Below are positions 1 through 8,887 of a DNA stretch of 38,726 nt, in pieces; positions within the stretch are counted from its first letter, which is position 1; each line of letters opens with the position of its first letter. The DNA is taken from NCBI GenBank assembly GCA_021799555.1, contig JAJZAG010000003.1, positions 1-38,726 of the forward strand, written 5' to 3'. The notes beneath the pieces were generated by a model. That model was given only the letters and a program-made list of their open reading frames with translations, did not search any database and was not told the origin of the DNA. A program made the translations under genes and the position numbers. Origin of the DNA: Deltaproteobacteria bacterium (GTDB taxonomy: Bacteria; Desulfobacterota; Binatia; Binatales; Binataceae).

Positions 1-266
1 TCACGATGAACGTGACCGACAAAACCGGCAAGGTGATCTCCGTGCGCCAGGTTGGCACCGACGACCAGCTCATGCTGATCACCGACGGCGGAAAGATCAT
101 CCGGCTGAAAGTCAAAGACGTTCGAATCACTGGCCGCAATGCGCAAGGCGTGCGCCTGGTCAAACTCGACGAACCCGAGCATGTGCGCGCGGTCGCGGGT
201 CTCGCCGAGAGCGACGACGACGACACGAACGGCAACGGATCGGACAGCGTGGAAACCGAAGAGTAA
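1..266 (+). CDS. gyrA: DNA gyrase subunit A, C-terminal fragment (5' end lies outside the window)
   Basis: The frame is open to the window edge. It shows a beta-pinwheel-type repeat (QLMLITDGGKIIRLKVKDVRITGRNAQGVRLVKL) followed by an acidic tail (ESDDDD...ETEE), as in GyrA C-termini. Confidence 0.8.
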   Translation, partial: TMNVTDKTGKVISVRQVGTDDQLMLITDGGKIIRLKVKDVRITGRNAQGVRLVKLDEPEHVRAVAGLAESDDDDTNGNGSDSVETEE

Positions 267-273
267 AGATTAA

Positions 274-391
274 GAGAAACCGCAGATTACGCAGATTTCG
301 CAGATTCAGATTTGCAGGCCGACCGCGCCCGGCGGCGCCGAAGCGCCGCCGAGTGCATAATCAGTGTAATCGGCGTAATCTGCGGTTTCTC
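274..391. repeat. Intergenic hairpin element built from AATCTGCG-type modules (copy 1 of 3)
   Basis: Perfect 19-bp inverted repeat: GAGAAACCGCAGATTACGC at 274-292 and GCGTAATCTGCGGTTTCTC at 373-391. Tandem CGCAGATT(A/T) modules lie at 281-317. An inner GC hairpin pairs 330-338 with 343-351 around a CGAA loop. The element sits between convergent gyrA and GST. Confidence 0.85.
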
Positions 392-402
392 CCTCTCTCG
401 CT

Positions 403-1011
403 TCACGCCGCGGCGCTCGGACGTGCGGAGACCGCCTGATGCCAGCGCTGGAGATGCTTATACTCGGGCGCGATCGAGATATTGTTGAACTTGGCGAAGT
501 CGATCGCGACCATCCCGGTGATATCGGCGATGGAATACTTATCACCCGCGATGAACTCGCGCTGGCCGAGTTCTTCATCAAGCCATCGGTAGCGCATCTC
601 GACGACTTTCTTCTGCTGCTCGCCGACCTCGGGAATCTGCTTGACGCGCGTGCGGGTCAGCTCGTGCAGATGCGCCCACACCATCCCGATCGGAGTGAAG
701 ACGGAGAACTCCATGCGCCGATTCCACATCTCGATCGTGGCGCGCTCGAACGCGCCCTTACCGAATAGGGCGGGCTCGGGATGAAGCTCCTCGAAGTAGC
801 GGCAGATCGCGACGCTTTCGGCCAGGTAGCGACCGTCGTCGAGTTCGAGCACGGGAATCCCACCGAGCGGGTTGATGCGCAGGAATTGCGCCTGCCGATT
901 AACGCCCTTCATGATGTCGATTTCTTCGAGCGGAACCTTGAGTCCTTTTTCCGCCAGAAAAATCCGGACCCGGCGCGGATTCGGCGCCAGCTTGAAATCG
1001 TAAATTTTCAT
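403..1011 (-). CDS. Glutathione S-transferase family protein
   Basis: 202 aa. The N-terminal thioredoxin-like GST fold reads MKIYDFKLAPNPRRVRIFLAEKGL...GGIPVLELDDGRYLAESVAICRYFEE, followed by a helical C-domain. Confidence 0.88.
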   Translation of the reverse strand: MKIYDFKLAPNPRRVRIFLAEKGLKVPLEEIDIMKGVNRQAQFLRINPLGGIPVLELDDGRYLAESVAICRYFEELHPEPALFGKGAFERATIEMWNRRMEFSVFTPIGMVWAHLHELTRTRVKQIPEVGEQQKKVVEMRYRWLDEELGQREFIAGDKYSIADITGMVAIDFAKFNNISIAPEYKHLQRWHQAVSARPSAAA

Positions 1012-1060
1012 GATTCCTCTCCGTTGTCGGTTTGAATAATCGGTTGATCGGTGTCTGGCG

Positions 1061-2245
1061 CTATTTTTCCGCGTAAGCCGCTGCGGCGGCTTCGAGCGCG
1101 CGCCCGCGCGCCACTTCCGCGCCCATCGCCGTAAGAATCTGTTCTAGCGCGCCCAAGAGCAGCGTCACGTTCTCGCGCTTGCAACTCTCGCCCATCAATC
1201 CAACCCGCCAGACTTTGCCGCGAAACGGACCCAAGCCGGCGGCGATTTCGATATTGTAATCCTTGAGCAAAGCGGCGCGCACTTGCGCCTCGTCGATTCC
1301 ATCAGGCGCCGCCACGGTCGAAAGCTCGGGCAGGCGATACCCTTCCTGCGCGACCAACTTCAGCCCCATCGCGGATAATCCCGCGTGCAGCGCGGCCGCG
1401 TTGCGGCGATGCCGCTCCCATCGCGTCTCCAGGCCCTCTTCGATGACGACACGTAGCGCTTCGTACAGCGCGTAGTTCATCGTGATCGGCGCGGTGTGAT
1501 GATAGACGCGGCTTTCGCCCCAGTAGTTCGCGATCATGGCGAGATCGAGATACCACGATTTGCATTTCGACTTACGCGTCCTGACGGCCTCCATCGCGCG
1601 CGCGCTGAACGTCACCGGAGCGAGACCCGGCGGCGCGCTCAGCCCCTTTTGCGTGCAACTGTAGCAGGCGTCAATCTTCCATTTGTCAATCTCGACCGGC
1701 ACGCAGGCTAGCGAAGTAACCGCATCGGCCACCATCAGCGCGCCATGACGCTCGGCGATAGCCGAAATCTCCTCGAGCGGCTGATGCACCCCCGTCGAGG
1801 TTTCCGCGTGCACGATCGCAACCAGCTTAGGCTTCTTCGACTGCTTGAGCGCGTGCTCTACAGTTGCGGGTTCGATAATCCGTCCCCATTCCGCTTCGGC
1901 CTTATGCACCTTGGCGCCAAGCCGCTCGGCCGAGTCGGCGATCCGCGCGCCAAACGCGCCGTTGACGCCCACAACTATTTCGTCGCCGTCTTCGATTAAG
2001 TTTGCCAAGATCATTTCCATCCCGGCCGAACCCGTTCCCGAGGCAGGAAACGTCAGCTCGTTGTCGGTGCGGAAGACTGTGCGGAGCAGCTTTTTCAGCT
2101 CTTCCATCACTGCGATGAATTCCGGATCGAGATGCCCGATCACCGGCGTAAGCATCGCCTTCATCACGCGCGGATGCACGTTCGAGGGCCCTGGACCTAG
2201 CAGAACGCGGGCGGGAGGTTTCAGTTCTGAAAATGTGTCAGCCAA
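1061..2245 (-). CDS. Class-V aminotransferase (serine/alanine-glyoxylate aminotransferase type)
   Basis: 394 aa. It has the PLP-lysine motif YSCTQKGLSAPPG and an AGXT-like N-terminus (LLGPGPSNVHPRV). The start is TTG at 2245, with GAGGAA 6 nt upstream. Confidence 0.9.
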   Translation of the reverse strand: MADTFSELKPPARVLLGPGPSNVHPRVMKAMLTPVIGHLDPEFIAVMEELKKLLRTVFRTDNELTFPASGTGSAGMEMILANLIEDGDEIVVGVNGAFGARIADSAERLGAKVHKAEAEWGRIIEPATVEHALKQSKKPKLVAIVHAETSTGVHQPLEEISAIAERHGALMVADAVTSLACVPVEIDKWKIDACYSCTQKGLSAPPGLAPVTFSARAMEAVRTRKSKCKSWYLDLAMIANYWGESRVYHHTAPITMNYALYEALRVVIEEGLETRWERHRRNAAALHAGLSAMGLKLVAQEGYRLPELSTVAAPDGIDEAQVRAALLKDYNIEIAAGLGPFRGKVWRVGLMGESCKRENVTLLLGALEQILTAMGAEVARGRALEAAAAAYAEK

Positions 2246-2373
2246 GTTTGTTTCCTCTGGTCAGGGTGCGCGTGACGGCACCCGGGATAGTGCGGAGACA
2301 TTATCGCGCGCCGAGTGCGCGGGGAAAATGCCGCCCGCGACGCGATTCCTCATCCTATGGTAGAGTTCTGCCC

Positions 2374-3828
2374 GTGAGCGGCAATGGCAACCTCGCGCGC
2401 GCGCGCGACTCCGTGGTAATCGACGAGCTTCGCGCAATCGTCGGCGCGCACGCAATCGTGACTCATCCGTCTGAGCTCAAGGTATACGAGTGCGACGGAT
2501 GGACGATCGAGAAGAGCGCGCCCGGCTTGCTCGTGATGCCCCGCACGACCGAAGAAACCAGCGGCGTACTGGCGGTGCTATGGCGGCGCGGGATCGCCTT
2601 TGTCCCGCGCGGAGCGGGAACCGGGCTTTCGGGAGGAGCGCTGCCCGTTGGCGCACCGGTGATGATCTGCACTTCGAGGATGAACCGGATACTCGCGATC
2701 GATTTGACCGGCCGCCGCGTCGAAGTCGAAAGCGGCGTCGTCAACCTGCACGTGACCAACGCGGTTAAGGGCGCCGGCTTTTTCTACGCGCCGGATCCGT
2801 CATCGCAGCAGGCCTGCACGCTCGGCGGGAATATCGCCGAAAATTCCGGGGGACCTCATACACTGAAGTACGGCGTCACCACCAATCATGTGCTCGGCGT
2901 CACGCTCGTGCTTCCAACCGGCAAGGTTGTGGAACTGGGCGGAGCGTGCGAAACCGCGTGCGGCTACGATTTGCTCGGTGCCGTGGTGGGCGCCGAAGGC
3001 ACCGTCGGAATCGTGACTCGCGCGACGCTTAAGATCGTGCGCGAGCCGCAGGCGCATCGCACCTTCCTTGCGACCTTCGCGGATGCGGATGCGGCGACCC
3101 GCGCGGTCTCCGCGATTATCGCGGCGGGAATTGTCCCGGGCGCAATCGAGATGATGGACCAGCTCATCATCCGCGCCGTCGAGGACGCCTTTCATGTCGG
3201 CCTTCCGGCAGACGCGGGCGCGGTGTTGATTATCGAACTCGACGGTCTCGAATCCGCGCTTGTCGAACAGGCCGCCGCGATTGTTGAAATTGCGCGCGGA
3301 GCCGGCGCGAGCGAAGTGCGCCTTGCGCGCGACGAGGCTGAACGCGCCGCACTGTGGAAGGCGCGCAAGCGCGCGTTCGGCGCGGTCGGTCGGCTCGCGC
3401 CAAATTACGCCACTCAGGACGGCGTCGTTCCGCGCACGCGCCTGCCCGAAATCCTGCGCGTGATAAGCGCGACCAGTCTCAAGTACGGCCTCGCGATCGG
3501 AAATGTATTTCACGCCGGTGACGGCAATATACATCCGATAATTCTTTACGACGAGCGCGAGCCCGCGCAGGTACGCGCCGCAATCGACGCCGGGCGCGAG
3601 ATATTGGCCGCCTGCGTCGCGATGGGCGGAAGCCTGACGGGCGAGCACGGGATCGGCGTCGAAAAGCAAGGCGAGATGCCGTTGCTTTTTTCACCCGACG
3701 ACTTAATCGCGATGACAGAATTGCGCCGCGTGTTCGACCCGCTGGAACGCTCGAACCCAAACAAGGTAATTCCGCGCCCGGGCGCGTGCGTCGAGGTTTC
3801 CGCGCCGCATCGCCAGGTGTCAATCTAG
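2374..3828 (+). CDS. glcD: Glycolate oxidase subunit GlcD (FAD-linked oxidase)
   Basis: FAD/PCMH motif FVPRGAGTGLSGGALP and a C-terminal FAD-oxidase domain (GSLTGEHGIGVEK). I chose GTG at 2374 rather than 2233 because the longer form would overlap the divergent aminotransferase. The start is uncertain by about 40 nt. Confidence 0.9.
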   Translation: MSGNGNLARARDSVVIDELRAIVGAHAIVTHPSELKVYECDGWTIEKSAPGLLVMPRTTEETSGVLAVLWRRGIAFVPRGAGTGLSGGALPVGAPVMICTSRMNRILAIDLTGRRVEVESGVVNLHVTNAVKGAGFFYAPDPSSQQACTLGGNIAENSGGPHTLKYGVTTNHVLGVTLVLPTGKVVELGGACETACGYDLLGAVVGAEGTVGIVTRATLKIVREPQAHRTFLATFADADAATRAVSAIIAAGIVPGAIEMMDQLIIRAVEDAFHVGLPADAGAVLIIELDGLESALVEQAAAIVEIARGAGASEVRLARDEAERAALWKARKRAFGAVGRLAPNYATQDGVVPRTRLPEILRVISATSLKYGLAIGNVFHAGDGNIHPIILYDEREPAQVRAAIDAGREILAACVAMGGSLTGEHGIGVEKQGEMPLLFSPDDLIAMTELRRVFDPLERSNPNKVIPRPGACVEVSAPHRQVSI

Positions 3829-3841
3829 GCGCGGTCCGCTC

Positions 3842-5095
3842 GTGACAGACTCCGCTGAGATCGCAAAACAGTTCGCGTCGCTCATCGGCGGCGATCGGGT
3901 TCGCGCTCCGCGCGGCCTTGAAGCTCGTGCCGCCGCGGTGATCGCCATGCCCACCGATCCGTCCGAGATCGCCGAGATCGTGCGCAAGTGCGAATCCGAC
4001 GCGCTTCCGATCGCCGCAGTCGGAGCCGCGCGAACTCTCTCGGAAATTCGCCGTACTCCGGTCGCGATCGGAATTTCGCTCGAACGGATGACGCGCATCA
4101 TCGCGCACGAACCTCACGATATGACGATCGTCGCACAGCCGGGAATCTCCCTAGCCGCGCTCAACGCCGCGATTGCGCCGGCTGGGCAGCGGCTGCCGGT
4201 TGACCCGCGAAATCCCGAGGCGACCACGATCGGCGCGCTCGTCGCGGCGCATCAGGCCGGACCGCTGCGGCTGTCGGAAGGAACCTCGCGCGACCTGCTG
4301 ATCGGAATTCAATACGTGGGACACGGCGGACGCGTTGTTCACAGCGGCGGGCGCGTCGTCAAAAACGTCGCCGGCTATGATTTGATGAAACTGATGAACG
4401 GATCGTTCGGGACGTTGGGAATCATTACCGAAGCGGCGTTCAAGGTGCGGCCGATCCCCGGCAATTACACGGTGGCGCTCGCAAAATTTGCGGGAATAAG
4501 CGGAACGCTCGAATGCGCGCGAGCGCTCTTAGACGCCGCACCAATTGCGCACCTGGAAATCACGAGTCCGCAAGTCAGCGCGGCGCTCGGCGTTGAGCCG
4601 GAGTATTCGCTTATCGCGGGATTATCGGGGAGTCGCGCCGAGGTGGATTACTTACGCGACACGGTTGCGCGCGTCGTTGCCGGCGCCGTGCAATTTCTCG
4701 AAAGCACGGACGCGGCGCGCCTGTACGGCGAGCTGCGGGATTTCTGCACCGCCGCCATGATCGCGCAGATCGCAGTGCCGCCAGGCGAAATGGCGCGCGT
4801 GCTCGAATCGTGCGGAGCGGCGTTTTGCGCGCACGCGGCTTCGGGAATCGCGAAGATAATTGCGAGCAGCGAACTTTCAGCCGACGCCGCTCGCGCGGAA
4901 CTTCTGCGCTGGCGCGAGCTGGCGCACGCCGCGCGCGGCCATGTCCGCGTTATTTCCGCGCCGCCCGAGGTTCGCGGCTCGATAGAGTTCTTCGACGTGC
5001 CGAACAGCGGCGCGCTCGAACTGATGCGCGCGATGAAGGCCGCGTTCGACCCCAGTGGAATTTTCAACCCCGGATGCTTCGTCGGGGGAATCTGA
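3842..5095 (+). CDS. glcE: Glycolate oxidase subunit GlcE (FAD-binding)
   Basis: 417 aa. It has the GlcE-like core VKNVAGYDLMKLMNGSFGTLGIITEAAFKVRP. It lies 13 nt after glcD, and its TGA overlaps the glcF ATG (TGATG). Confidence 0.85.
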   Translation: MTDSAEIAKQFASLIGGDRVRAPRGLEARAAAVIAMPTDPSEIAEIVRKCESDALPIAAVGAARTLSEIRRTPVAIGISLERMTRIIAHEPHDMTIVAQPGISLAALNAAIAPAGQRLPVDPRNPEATTIGALVAAHQAGPLRLSEGTSRDLLIGIQYVGHGGRVVHSGGRVVKNVAGYDLMKLMNGSFGTLGIITEAAFKVRPIPGNYTVALAKFAGISGTLECARALLDAAPIAHLEITSPQVSAALGVEPEYSLIAGLSGSRAEVDYLRDTVARVVAGAVQFLESTDAARLYGELRDFCTAAMIAQIAVPPGEMARVLESCGAAFCAHAASGIAKIIASSELSADAARAELLRWRELAHAARGHVRVISAPPEVRGSIEFFDVPNSGALELMRAMKAAFDPSGIFNPGCFVGGI

Positions 5096-6393
5096 TGTCT
5101 CGCGCCGCGTCTTCGAAACCATTACGAAACGTGGTCGATTACGATCTGCTCTTCGACTGCGTCCACTGTGGATTGTGTCTGGAAGCGTGCCCGACCTACG
5201 CGGTCTCGCGTTCCGAAATGGATTCGCCGCGCGGACGCGTTTATCTGATGAAAGCGCTGGCCGACGGCCGGCTCGAACTCGACGCCGACGTTACGCGTCA
5301 TCTCGACCTGTGTCTCGGATGCCGCGGGTGCGAGACCGCATGTCCTTCGGGTGTGCATTACGGGCGCCTCATCGAAGACGCTCGCGCTTACGTGGAGTCG
5401 AACTATTCGCGCGGATGGCTCGACTCGCTGAGACGCCGCCTAATCGGCGCGATCTTTCCGTACCCCGCGCGGCTGCGAGCGATACTTGCGCCGCTTCGCG
5501 TCCTGCAGGCGGCGGGGGTCCAGTCCGCGCTCGAAGGCATTGTGCCGCGCCCAATGCGCGAGTGGCTGGAACTGCTTCCCGCCGCCTCACGCGCTAGCGT
5601 CGTGTTACCGCAGGCGCTCACAGAACCATCGCCGGACGCCACGACTGTGCTGGTGCATCACGGATGCGTAACGCGGGTGCTCGCCGAATCGGAGAATATC
5701 AACACCGAGCGATTGCTGATCGCCGCTGGCTACCATGTTGTTCAGCTCGAAAACACGGTCTGCTGCGGAGCGCTGGACCTCCACTCGGGAAATCGCACGC
5801 GCGCGCTGGAATTCATTCGCACCAACGTGCGCGCGATAACGCGCAGAGGAGCTGATTCGATTGTGTCGGCGGCTTCGGGATGCTCAACGGCGATTGCCGA
5901 GTATGGATTGCTGTTGAAAGACGACGCGGAACTTGCCGTCGCCGCGCGCGCGGTCGCGGCAAAGGTCACCGACCTGAGCTCGCTGCTGCTCGCAAGCAAT
6001 CGCGTTGCGATGCCGGAGTTCCGATGCACCGTCACCTACCACGACGCGTGTCATCTGGCGCACGGCATGGGCGTCCGTGACGCACCGCGCACGCTGCTGC
6101 GCTCGATTCCCGGACTTAAGCTGGTTGAGCTGAACGAAGCCGATCTGTGTTGCGGCAGCGCCGGAAGCTATAACCTGACCGAACCCGCGATGGCGCGCGC
6201 GCTGGCGGCGCGAAAGGCGGAAAATATCGCGGCCAGCGGTGCGGATTACGTGGTGCTCGCGAACCCGGGCTGCGAATTCCAGATTGGCGCGGAGCTTCGC
6301 CGCCGTGGCGCAAAGATCCGCGTAGCGCACATCGCCGACTTCCTCGCGATGGTGATAAATCAAGGCACGGCAGCTCGCGGCGAATCGCGATGA
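5095..6393 (+). CDS. glcF: Glycolate oxidase iron-sulfur subunit GlcF
   Basis: Two 4Fe-4S motifs (CVHCGLCLEACP and CLGCRGCETACP) and two CCG domains (NTVCCGA and ADLCCGSAGSY). The ATG at 5095 is the first start outside glcE. The 4810 extension reads as Arg-rich out-of-frame sequence. Confidence 0.9.
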   Translation: MSRAASSKPLRNVVDYDLLFDCVHCGLCLEACPTYAVSRSEMDSPRGRVYLMKALADGRLELDADVTRHLDLCLGCRGCETACPSGVHYGRLIEDARAYVESNYSRGWLDSLRRRLIGAIFPYPARLRAILAPLRVLQAAGVQSALEGIVPRPMREWLELLPAASRASVVLPQALTEPSPDATTVLVHHGCVTRVLAESENINTERLLIAAGYHVVQLENTVCCGALDLHSGNRTRALEFIRTNVRAITRRGADSIVSAASGCSTAIAEYGLLLKDDAELAVAARAVAAKVTDLSSLLLASNRVAMPEFRCTVTYHDACHLAHGMGVRDAPRTLLRSIPGLKLVELNEADLCCGSAGSYNLTEPAMARALAARKAENIAASGADYVVLANPGCEFQIGAELRRRGAKIRVAHIADFLAMVINQGTAARGESR

Positions 6394-6992
6394 CTGACCC
6401 ATTTGAAGTCAAACTCTACTTCGCGTACACGAGTCCGTTCAGTTACCTCGCGATGGAGCCGGCGCGTTCGCTCGAGCGCTCGCATCGCGTGCGCGTGCGC
6501 TTTATTCCTTACGGCGTCAACATCCGGAAAACCTATGGCAACCTCGATAGTGCGGACGCCGACCGCAGGAAGGTGCGCTACCTGTATCTCGACGCGCGGC
6601 GTATCGCGAAGGAGCGCGGGCTCGTCATCTATCCTCCGAAAAAGATTTTCAGTTGCCGCAACGCATTCTACGGCGGCCTGTACGCCGACCATCGCGAGCG
6701 CTTTCGCGAATACTCCAACCGCGTGTTCGAGCGCTTTTGGCGGGCGGAGCTCAATGTCGAAGATCGCGGCGCGATTGGCCAAGTAATCTCGGAGATCGGC
6801 TTAGACGCTGGCGCTTTTGCGCGATACGCCGAAATCGCCGCGCGTGCGGATCTCGACGAGTGCTTCGCCGAGGCGGATCGCGATGAGATCTTCGGCGTGC
6901 CTACGTTTGTCGTCGAAGGCGAGCTGTTCTGGGGCGAAGATCGGATTGACTGGGTTATTCGAAGGCTCGACGCGCTGGGACTTCGCCGATAA
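6390..6992 (+). CDS. DsbA-like / 2-hydroxychromene-2-carboxylate isomerase family (kappa-GST-like) protein
   Basis: 200 aa. The N-terminus is FAYTSPFSYLA and the C-terminus is IFGVPTFVVEGELFWGEDRI, both typical of the HCCA-isomerase/DsbA family. The start overlaps the glcF stop by ATGA. Confidence 0.8.
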   Translation: MTDPFEVKLYFAYTSPFSYLAMEPARSLERSHRVRVRFIPYGVNIRKTYGNLDSADADRRKVRYLYLDARRIAKERGLVIYPPKKIFSCRNAFYGGLYADHRERFREYSNRVFERFWRAELNVEDRGAIGQVISEIGLDAGAFARYAEIAARADLDECFAEADRDEIFGVPTFVVEGELFWGEDRIDWVIRRLDALGLRR

Positions 6993-7096
6993 GCGCGCAG
7001 AAGCGCGACCGATAGACTCAACTCCGCCGCGCGAGTAACGCTGAAAAAGAAAGCGCATGACCTGACAACACGCTCGCTTCGAGAGCGGACGGAGAG

Positions 7097-8836
7097 ATGC
7101 CCATGATCGACTACGCAAAGTTCGACAGCTCCATCGGCCTCAACTGGTACGATGTTGATCCCAATCTTGGGCAAATCATGCGCCGTATGCTTGAGGCGGC
7201 TGACTTTGATTGGTGTGCGCAGGAACTCGCGAAGATAGGCGCTTTATGTGGAGGCCCAATCGCCGCGCGCGCCGAGGTGACCGACAAGAATCCTCCCGAA
7301 CTGGTGAAATTCGATCATTGGGGCGAGCAGATCGATCAGATCCACCACCATCCAGGCGCCATCGCGACCAAGCGCGATTTGTGGGAAGCCGGGGTAAGCG
7401 GCCCGCGCTTGCACCAGGAGGCGGCCCGGCGCGGACGCCGCTTGCCGCAAGTGATGCCGACCGCGCTCAATTACATGCTGTCGCAGGCGGAGATCGGAAT
7501 GCTGTGCTCGATCGGGATGACGAGCGGCGTTATCGGTTTGGTGAAGAAATTCGCACCGCCCGACCTGCAAAAACGCTTTCTGCCGCATCTGACCGCGGCG
7601 AATTTTGATGACGCGTGGGACGGCGCGATGTTCATGACCGAGAAGACCGGCGGCTCCGACCTGGGCACGCTCACCACGGTGGCGCGCCGCGACGGAGATC
7701 ACTGGAAGCTCACCGGCTCGAAGTGGTTCTGCTCCAACGTCGACGCGGGCGCGATCGCGACGCTGGCGCGGCCCGAGGGTGCGGACGCCGGACTGCGCGG
7801 CGTCGCGCTCTTCCTGGTGCCAAAATATCGGAGTGACGGTTCGCGCAACGCGATCAATATCCGGCGTATCAAGGACAAACTCGGCACGCGAGCAGTGCCG
7901 ACGGCAGAGGCGGATTTTGTCGGCGCGGAAGCATACCTGCTCGCAGGTGAAAACGGCGCGGCCGGAGACGGACGCGGCATCAACCGGATGATGGAAATGG
8001 TCAATGATTCACGGCGTGGTGTCGCCGTGATGGGTCTTGGGATCATGCGCCGTGCGTTTCTCGAGTCGGCGATTTTCGCGGCGCATCGGACCGCCTTCGG
8101 CCATCTCCTGCGCGAACTCCCGATGATGCGGGAGACGCTGGTCGGGATGGTGGTCGAATTGGAAGCCGCTGCGGCATTGGTTTTCGCGTCGGCAGCCGAC
8201 GAAAGCGCGATCGCGCGCCTGCTGGTGCCCGTCGCGAAACTACGCGCAACGCGCCGCGGCGTCGAAATGGCGTCGCAGGCCGTAGAGATCCATGGCGGCA
8301 ATGGATATATCGAAGATTGGCCAACTGCCCGCCTCTTGCGCGACGCACAATCCAACACGATTTGGGAAGGCACCGAGAACATCATTTGCCTCGACATTCT
8401 TCGCGCGCTGCGAAGCGAACAGGTCATGGAAGCGAGCCTCGCGGCGCTGTCCGCACGGGTGGATAGCGCCGCCGCCGCGCTTGCTCCGATCGCGGAGGCC
8501 CTCGATGCGGAACTCAAGAGCCTGCGTGAGGCTCTTGGCTTTCTCTCGCGATCCGACCGCGACCTGCGCCAGCTTCGCGCGCGTAGCTTTGGAAATTACC
8601 TGGCCGATGTAGCAGCCGCTGCGCTGCTCCTGGAGGAAGCGAATTGGCAACTTGCGCATGAGGGCAACGCGCGCAAGGCGGTAATCGCGCACCTGTTTGT
8701 CCAGACCCATCTGCGGCCGCGACCGATGCGCGGGATTATGAGCAGCGACCGGACGATGCTCGAGTTGTTCGAGCCGATCGTGGGTTACGGCGAAATAGCG
8801 CCGGAACGCGCCGCGGCTGCGATACGCTCGATATAG
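7097..8836 (+). CDS. Acyl-CoA dehydrogenase family protein (long AidB-like type)
   Basis: 579 aa. It has the ACAD middle and C-terminal motifs FMTEKTGGSDLG and EIHGGNGYIEDWPTARLLRDAQSNTIWEGTENI. Confidence 0.85.
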   Translation: MPMIDYAKFDSSIGLNWYDVDPNLGQIMRRMLEAADFDWCAQELAKIGALCGGPIAARAEVTDKNPPELVKFDHWGEQIDQIHHHPGAIATKRDLWEAGVSGPRLHQEAARRGRRLPQVMPTALNYMLSQAEIGMLCSIGMTSGVIGLVKKFAPPDLQKRFLPHLTAANFDDAWDGAMFMTEKTGGSDLGTLTTVARRDGDHWKLTGSKWFCSNVDAGAIATLARPEGADAGLRGVALFLVPKYRSDGSRNAINIRRIKDKLGTRAVPTAEADFVGAEAYLLAGENGAAGDGRGINRMMEMVNDSRRGVAVMGLGIMRRAFLESAIFAAHRTAFGHLLRELPMMRETLVGMVVELEAAAALVFASAADESAIARLLVPVAKLRATRRGVEMASQAVEIHGGNGYIEDWPTARLLRDAQSNTIWEGTENIICLDILRALRSEQVMEASLAALSARVDSAAAALAPIAEALDAELKSLREALGFLSRSDRDLRQLRARSFGNYLADVAAAALLLEEANWQLAHEGNARKAVIAHLFVQTHLRPRPMRGIMSSDRTMLELFEPIVGYGEIAPERAAAAIRSI

Positions 8837-8887
8837 AGGGGCGCCGCCGTCAGGGAAAATTCAATCCCCTCAAGCGGCGCGGTGGCG

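Noticed and set aside
306-581. 91-aa minus-strand ORF running through the repeat element (contains ...ADYADYTDY...).
   Set aside because: It is a translation artefact of the AATCTGCG-module repeat, and it overlaps the 3' end of the GST gene in another frame.
4810-5094. N-terminal extension of the glcF ORF (527-aa version). Similar extensions exist for glcD (2233), thyX (33132), GNAT (28755), PII (24108) and amt (19700).
   Set aside because: The extensions overlap the preceding or divergent gene and read as Arg-rich out-of-frame sequence. In each case they are followed by an internal start where family-typical sequence, a signal peptide, an SD or an ATGA overlap begins.
8837-8887. Complementary segments GAGGGG/CCCCTC and CGCCGC/GCGGCG between the convergent ACAD and gltD genes.
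   Set aside because: The stems are short (6 bp), arranged in a crossing order, and lack U-tracts. This is insufficient to call a terminator.
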